A DNA stretch of 45,030 nt from a virus. Shown here piece by piece: positions 41,701 to 45,030 of this stretch. The first letter of the stretch is position 1; each line of letters opens with the position of its first letter. The notes under the pieces are model-generated. The model was given only the letters and a program-made list of their open reading frames with translations, was not told the DNA's origin and did not search any database. The position numbers and the translations under genes are program-made. Location of the stretch: the IMG/VR virus record IMGVR_UViG_3300011442_000006, positions 1 through 45,030 of that record; one strand, given 5' to 3'.

Positions 41701-42156
41701 AACACAGCCCTGACCACATACCTGGATTGGGCAAAGAGCATCACCCAGGCTGGATGGGCAGCGCATAATTTTGACAACGATATTGCAGCGGCGTCGAATG
41801 GGGCGGGAACTACCAATGGCGCGGCGACAACTACGGGAGACTTGACGGCGGGCAGCAATCGAACTATCACATTTGACACGATGGGCGGGCATACCGGCTG
41901 TCCTGCTGCGGCAAGTGCGACAACTGGCGTTCAGTTCACATTCTGGGGAGGAACTGGTAGTCCAGAATCCACTCGGCCTGTCGGGGGGACCTGCGCCTCT
42001 GCGGGCTCAGCCGGTACTCTCGTTTTCAATCTACGCTACAACCATACTGGGGCATGGAAGATCAGTTACGGCCTCGATATCGGTATCCCGCCTAATTATG
42101 ACTTCAATGGTCTTGGGACTGAGCCGAACTGGTGGGCTGGCTCGAACATGCTTTAA
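38743..42156 (+). CDS. giant protein with signal-peptide-like N-terminus, unknown function (1137 aa), lower-GC
   Basis: MKTLVLFFLSYPLFA|NYSGG. No family recognised. Aromatic, Asn/Thr/Gly-rich with many Cys. Confidence 0.65.
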   Translation: MKTLVLFFLSYPLFANYSGGIFVALATGKTTYTLTNSGPQGGVEQRTAGLAAFGGSFQRIGVTISMDHISLQNTTSYTSCADPCGVGGTAAMMTINRQKGIVYARYEKLDSSGNQLFPRQYLDAGSAYDNNTCAPLDTFPHISYSTVTTSPMPMPLVMVWHDCYVGQLQFPLVSGHAFASQRLYVRISNPGYSNPNRPDGKFSFQINGGAWVPLTNAVCTGVDASADYGGIGSFDQTREFTCSISDGSILVGDTTITIGIRFNGTDGITSGGRILAINIIEANVACSSITTTTGSPASSVITCAGHGFTNGNDFVVLHAPDIWMMYHGLRHSTAATSSTLTFRPCNTGNPWDTACVPANETVAPPVSTDPSGNAITATRVMYVARAAIAASSFVQIDPTTWTAPGGGDATRGGKIFRTGNASGTTGQFDQLMSPNTPFLNDKFHVATCGGPNGCHTSGNSTGVPSGSDLKRFNYDNGSIGVRTEFHGFSEQDGLDIEAYIRGLSVTVPVNGRPWNPPMQPCPGLSSGSTEDFWAGGARDCVLEYGYADWIKYAAPGGDKSKWVWTEKFETRDVPTIYPFQDWNKMLPTLHPADAYPNGDFLSSTPFTTHRDIMDNMTENNFSSFQSYNYGQTCGPYVTWMNSQYVFNGTTAGANGTDTAAGNWFPGNLAQIRYSAMQYYFIRQYDISVDKQTFQFEGQRNNAVNGASNNVNWPHATGFSGFGLFTCMAPHKITTAEPANLRKTWPNDGLIKSFDATSNWAYVGNTVLYCGDGWDSANSPCDNAYLNTYTVRMGQYRPGGYLTTFLGSMVVPQQGSASKYFFQYQFNGAFTTSDGTHLVWSSGDHFDPSMTGQVGLWNGVAGTATYVDSTHLTTSASTTTGTYAINSGGAGTDYTSVWSKTLTYDFRYTYPWFSSAAWLQNTIDYLGNINAITSAHTVDYWNRVFTNSGDVSPNASAAWGLSSGGTAPTTAMLLTLFKVWCNGDSTCNTALTTYLDWAKSITQAGWAAHNFDNDIAAASNGAGTTNGAATTTGDLTAGSNRTITFDTMGGHTGCPAAASATTGVQFTFWGGTGSPESTRPVGGTCASAGSAGTLVFNLRYNHTGAWKISYGLDIGIPPNYDFNGLGTEPNWWAGSNML

Positions 42157-42164
42157 GTTTCCCA

Positions 42165-42368
42165 CTAGTCCCTAAGGCCACATTGGCCGCAAACGAATCT
42201 GAGTGATGGATCAAGCCGCGGGGCTTGCCATTGACACCGTGGGCAGGTGGTCGCAATTCTTCGTATCACCAACCAAAATCTATAGATGTCGACTATGGTA
42301 ACGGCTCCCAGCAGTATCCAAAAGAAGTTCGGTTGTGGAATGTGGGAGAGTTGCGCATTGTTGTACAT
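42165..42368 (-). CDS. small membrane zinc-ribbon protein (67 aa), uncertain
   Basis: TM segment FFWILLGAVTIVDIYRFWLVI followed by CPRC-x14-CGQC. Convergent with the giant gene. GTG 42383 is an alternative start. Confidence 0.4.
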   Translation of the reverse strand: MYNNAQLSHIPQPNFFWILLGAVTIVDIYRFWLVIRRIATTCPRCQWQAPRLDPSLRFVCGQCGLRD

Positions 42369-42386
42369 GCTGATATCATACACAAC

Positions 42387-42623
42387 ATGAAAAAAATAGC
42401 AATACTGCTGGGTGCGGGAATGGTACTAGCAGGGTGCAAAAGGGACCCGTACTTGGAGTGGCATCGGTTGCAGGCCGAGATCCAGGAAATCAACAATCGC
42501 GAGTCGATCAACTGCAAAAAGCAGGGCAAGGAATGGGGCATGGACCGTAACGGGTTCGGGCCGATATGCGTAACGGTCCAGACTCCTCCCGCTTCCACTC
42601 CAGCCCCGGAGGCGAAGAAGTGA
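42387..42623 (+). CDS. lipoprotein (78 aa)
   Basis: MKKIAILLGAGMVLAG|C lipobox. Pro/Thr-rich C-terminus. Confidence 0.65.
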   Translation: MKKIAILLGAGMVLAGCKRDPYLEWHRLQAEIQEINNRESINCKKQGKEWGMDRNGFGPICVTVQTPPASTPAPEAKK

Positions 42624-42865
42624 GCGCTTTGGCTACCACTAAGGGGCGGCACAGACACAACTGGCCACGGCAGTCAATAGATTTCGCTGATTCACAAACT
42701 ATAACCGTTGCCCCGTTTCGATCGAGTAAATTTCTAGCACTCGAAGTTGCGGTTCAAAAGGCTGAGCAGTATCGCGACCGCGAGTCCCATCAGGGCATGG
42801 TTCACGTCCTGATGGAGGAAGGTAAGCCTTATGACAAATGGATTCCGTATAACCGAGAATCATGA
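42620..42865 (+). CDS. hypothetical protein (81 aa)
   Basis: GTG 42620 overlaps the lipoprotein stop (GTGA), matching the coupling pattern used throughout this genome. Confidence 0.4.
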   Translation: MSALATTKGRHRHNWPRQSIDFADSQTITVAPFRSSKFLALEVAVQKAEQYRDRESHQGMVHVLMEEGKPYDKWIPYNRES

Positions 42866-43026
42866 TATCGTAGGACCGTTCCTTCAAGAAGGGGCTGGTA
42901 GCGACTAGCGGCGGTATCCAGTCCACCGCACGCGGCGATCATGTCACCATGAGAACCCGACACGAAGCCCCGGCCCTTTCCCGAACCTTCCTGATATAAT
43001 CACTCTGATTCAGTTAACATGTACTT

Positions 43027-43671
43027 GTGAACGCCCGAGCGAAACGCTTGATCGCCACCACTATATCTACGGAGATGTCAGTCTCCGCTAAACGATCGTT
43101 TACTTTCCTGATGACGCCCCCGCCTAGCTGGACGTTCGGCATCGCCACGCTTGGGGCGTTTTTCCTTTCCCTTCCTCAGTCCTACCGGCTGCTGTTGACG
43201 GTCATGCTGTTCAGCTTGGCAAGTAGCGGTCTCGTTGCATTGAAAAAGCACCGCATTAGCGCCTGGGATGCGTTCTGGAGCGTCGTGAGGGTCTTCGCTG
43301 AGGTGGGCCTGCTGTACATCACGCACTTAGTCTTTGACGGTTTCTCGAATCATTTCGGCGTGCCGATGGCGTCGACGGTGACGGCGATCGTGGCTCTAAT
43401 CTTTACGGGAATCGAGTTTCTGTCATTCACGGAAGATTGCAAGAACCTCGGTGTACCTGTTCCGAAGTTAGTCACCTCCCGAATGAAACAGTTCATGGAC
43501 AAGCTCGAGGCGGCCGGCGAAATGGAGCTCCAGACCCAAACGACAAAACTGTCACCAGCCGGAAACGTGTTAAGCGTTGAGCAGAGCGTTACCGTGTTGC
43601 GGCCGACCGGGCCGGCCCCAGAGGCCCCGATAGTGATCGCTCCCGACATAGTCGGCAAAAAGGAAGTGTAG
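43027..43671 (+). CDS. holin (phage_holin_4-like; 214 aa from GTG)
   Basis: 3-4 TM segments and FTGIEFLSFTEDCKNLGVPVPKLV, resembling the E..SI.EN....G.P.P signature of that holin family. A TGATATAAT box lies at 42992-43000. An alternative ATG is at 43075. Confidence 0.6.
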   Translation: MNARAKRLIATTISTEMSVSAKRSFTFLMTPPPSWTFGIATLGAFFLSLPQSYRLLLTVMLFSLASSGLVALKKHRISAWDAFWSVVRVFAEVGLLYITHLVFDGFSNHFGVPMASTVTAIVALIFTGIEFLSFTEDCKNLGVPVPKLVTSRMKQFMDKLEAAGEMELQTQTTKLSPAGNVLSVEQSVTVLRPTGPAPEAPIVIAPDIVGKKEV

Positions 43672-43673
43672 CC

Positions 43674-43886
43674 ATGTCGCCAGTTGTCAACTTTATCTTT
43701 ATCGCTCTTGTGATAGCCGTCATTTTGGGAGCTTTGAACAAGTTCCCGGAATTGCTCGACGCCACCACGGTTTCAGTGATTCGCTTTGTGCTGCTGGTGG
43801 TTCTCGGTATCCTGTTTATCGACGTGTTGCTCTGGATGTTCACCGGACAGCACATCACCCACTACACGGGCGGCGTCTACCGGTAA
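43674..43886 (+). CDS. small two-TM membrane protein (70 aa), holin/antiholin-like
   Basis: Two hydrophobic helices. ATG lies 2 nt after the holin stop. Confidence 0.55.
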   Translation: MSPVVNFIFIALVIAVILGALNKFPELLDATTVSVIRFVLLVVLGILFIDVLLWMFTGQHITHYTGGVYR

Positions 43887-43903
43887 AAGGCGCACCTTGG
43901 CAG

Positions 43904-44119
43904 TTGGCGTGCTACGATTGTGTCATGTTCGACCAAATCCGCGACGTTGCCGGCTCGCTAGGGATCAGGGACGGGCAACTTGTCAAACTTGCACGCGATA
44001 TTGCCCACGATGGCGCATTGCTCGATCTTGAGTACATGCGGGAAGCCGATGCGTTAGAACTGTTGGCTTTTCTTCGAAAAGCCCGGCTTTATGAAGCGCG
44101 TGAATTGATCCCAGCCTGA
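43904..44119 (+). CDS. hypothetical protein (71 aa)
   Basis: ORF track. Confidence 0.5.
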   Translation: MACYDCVMFDQIRDVAGSLGIRDGQLVKLARDIAHDGALLDLEYMREADALELLAFLRKARLYEARELIPA

Positions 44120-44123
44120 TAGA

Positions 44124-44495
44124 ATGGCCGTCATGTGGATATGGCGGCAGCGGTTGGGCGTTCTCTACCATAACGACGTCAAGCAGGGCGAGGGCTACAG
44201 CGGGGCCGGGGTCGACAAGAACCAGCCGGCGAGCCAAGAACTTAAGAACAAGGGCCCCATTCCGGCCGGCGTCTACGGGATCGGACCGCCACACAGGACG
44301 GACACGCACGGGGATCATGTCCTATCGCTTACTCCGTGGAAGCAAAATTACATGTTCGGCCGTGATGCGTTCCTGATCCATGGCGACTCGATCGCCGACC
44401 CTGGAACCGCGAGTGAGGGATGCGTCATTCTGTCTCGGGCTCTGCGAGAGCAAATCTCGAACAGTGGCGACACGGTACTTGTTGTACTCGCGTAA
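44124..44495 (+). CDS. DUF2778 / Tlde1-like L,D-transpeptidase-fold enzyme (123 aa); endolysin candidate
   Basis: GEGYSGAGVDKNQP...NKGPIPAGVYGIG...LTP...FGRDAFLIHGDS...ASEGCVILSRALREQISNSGDTVLVV matches the DUF2778 consensus, including the catalytic H...SxGC. The second ATG at 44133 is the leaderless start, 7 nt after TAGAAT. Confidence 0.8.
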   Translation: MAVMWIWRQRLGVLYHNDVKQGEGYSGAGVDKNQPASQELKNKGPIPAGVYGIGPPHRTDTHGDHVLSLTPWKQNYMFGRDAFLIHGDSIADPGTASEGCVILSRALREQISNSGDTVLVVLA

Positions 44496-44506
44496 TTTGC
44501 GCAGTG

Positions 44507-44515
44507 TGGTATAGT
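44507..44515 (+). promoter_or_regulatory. Extended -10 box TGGTATAGT, 7 nt upstream of GTG 44523
   Basis: TGGTATAGT then tcaccct then GTG, with no SD. Confidence 0.45.
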
Positions 44516-44522
44516 TCACCCT

Positions 44523-45030
44523 GTGACGTTCGGCTCGCTCTTTAGTGGGATCGGTGGAATGGACTTAGGCCTTGAGCGGGCAGGGCTCGAGGTACGCTGG
44601 CAAGTCGAAATAGACCCCTACTGCAATACCATCCTAGAAAAGCATTGGCCCGAGGTGAAACGCTATGGAGACATCGAAGAAGCCCGCGGCTCCGAGCTCG
44701 AGCCCGTTGACGTCCTTGCCGGGGGGTTCCCTTGTGTTGACGTTAGCCGGGTTGGACTACGAGCCGGCATCGGCGCCGAGCGATCCGGCCTTTGGTCGCA
44801 GTTCTTTCGATTGGTCGGTGAGTTACGACCCGGTTTCGTGCTCGTGGAAAACGTCCCAGGTTTGCTTGACGGGGGACTCAGCAGAGTTCTCGGAGACCTG
44901 GCCACGGGCGGGTATGATGCTGAGTGGCGTTGCCTTTCGGCTGCACAATTTGGACTTCCCCACGTTCGGGAGCGGGTGTTCATTGTTGCCTACGCCAGGG
45001 GCTCAGCCGCACGGGGTCGCTGGGTCGAAC
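44523..45030 (+). CDS. DNA (cytosine-5)-methyltransferase, 5' portion (continues at nt 124 of the window)
   Basis: My translation gives motif I FSGIGG (44541-44558), motif IV GGFPCVDVS (44721-44747, Val in place of the usual Gln), motif VI ENVPGLL (44847-44867), and the start of motif VIII. Confidence 0.85.
   Translation, partial: MTFGSLFSGIGGMDLGLERAGLEVRWQVEIDPYCNTILEKHWPEVKRYGDIEEARGSELEPVDVLAGGFPCVDVSRVGLRAGIGAERSGLWSQFFRLVGELRPGFVLVENVPGLLDGGLSRVLGDLATGGYDAEWRCLSAAQFGLPHVRERVFIVAYARGSAARGRWVE
44908..45030. repeat. Terminal overlap, exact copy of 1-123
   Basis: See the first feature. Confidence 0.9.

Noticed and set aside
42699-42926. 75-aa minus-strand ORF.
   Set aside because: It overlaps the better-supported coupled + strand ORF 42620-42865 and has no start signals.
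1-45030. Temperate lifestyle markers (integrase, attP, CI/Cro), plus recognisable anti-CRISPR or known defence systems.
   Set aside because: None were recognised by eye in a complete genome. The RHH protein alone is insufficient to call lysogeny.

Overview
The window is one complete, circularly closed dsDNA phage genome. Nt 1-123 repeat exactly at 44908-45030, so the unit length is 44,907 bp. GC is roughly 58-62% by eye, and all but two genes are on the + strand.

Gene order:
- A C5-DNA methyltransferase spans the junction and is interrupted by an HNH ORF.
- Two small autonomous early units follow.
- A 350-nt non-coding gap carries a promoter and an inverted repeat.
- The recombination/replication module holds an SSAP-like protein, a Gp157-like protein, a VRR-NUC nuclease and an initiator with internal iterons.
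- A zinc-finger ORF is translationally coupled to a Mom-like acyltransferase (com/mom-like DNA hypermodification pair).
- terS and terL follow.
- A six-gene insert with its own promoters and terminator includes a beta-helix protein.
- The P22-type morphogenesis module holds portal, scaffold, P22-type coat, two gp4-like adaptors, a beta-helix tailspike, a gp10-like hub, a fibre, a GNAT and three ejection-type proteins.
- Four consecutive proteins have signal-peptide-like N-termini. The last two sit in a lower-GC island.
- The lysis region holds a lipoprotein, a holin, a small TM protein and a DUF2778/Tlde1 L,D-transpeptidase-fold enzyme, with no classical endolysin.

No integrase, CI-type repressor, DNA polymerase, tRNA, CRISPR array or reverse transcriptase was seen.

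Genome-wide signals: at least 11 genes start 6-9 nt downstream of a TGnTAnAAT-type extended -10 with no Shine-Dalgarno, which implies leaderless mRNAs. TAG stop codons are often fused to these boxes. There are six HNH-type ORFs.

All functional calls rest on motif recognition by eye. No database search was possible.
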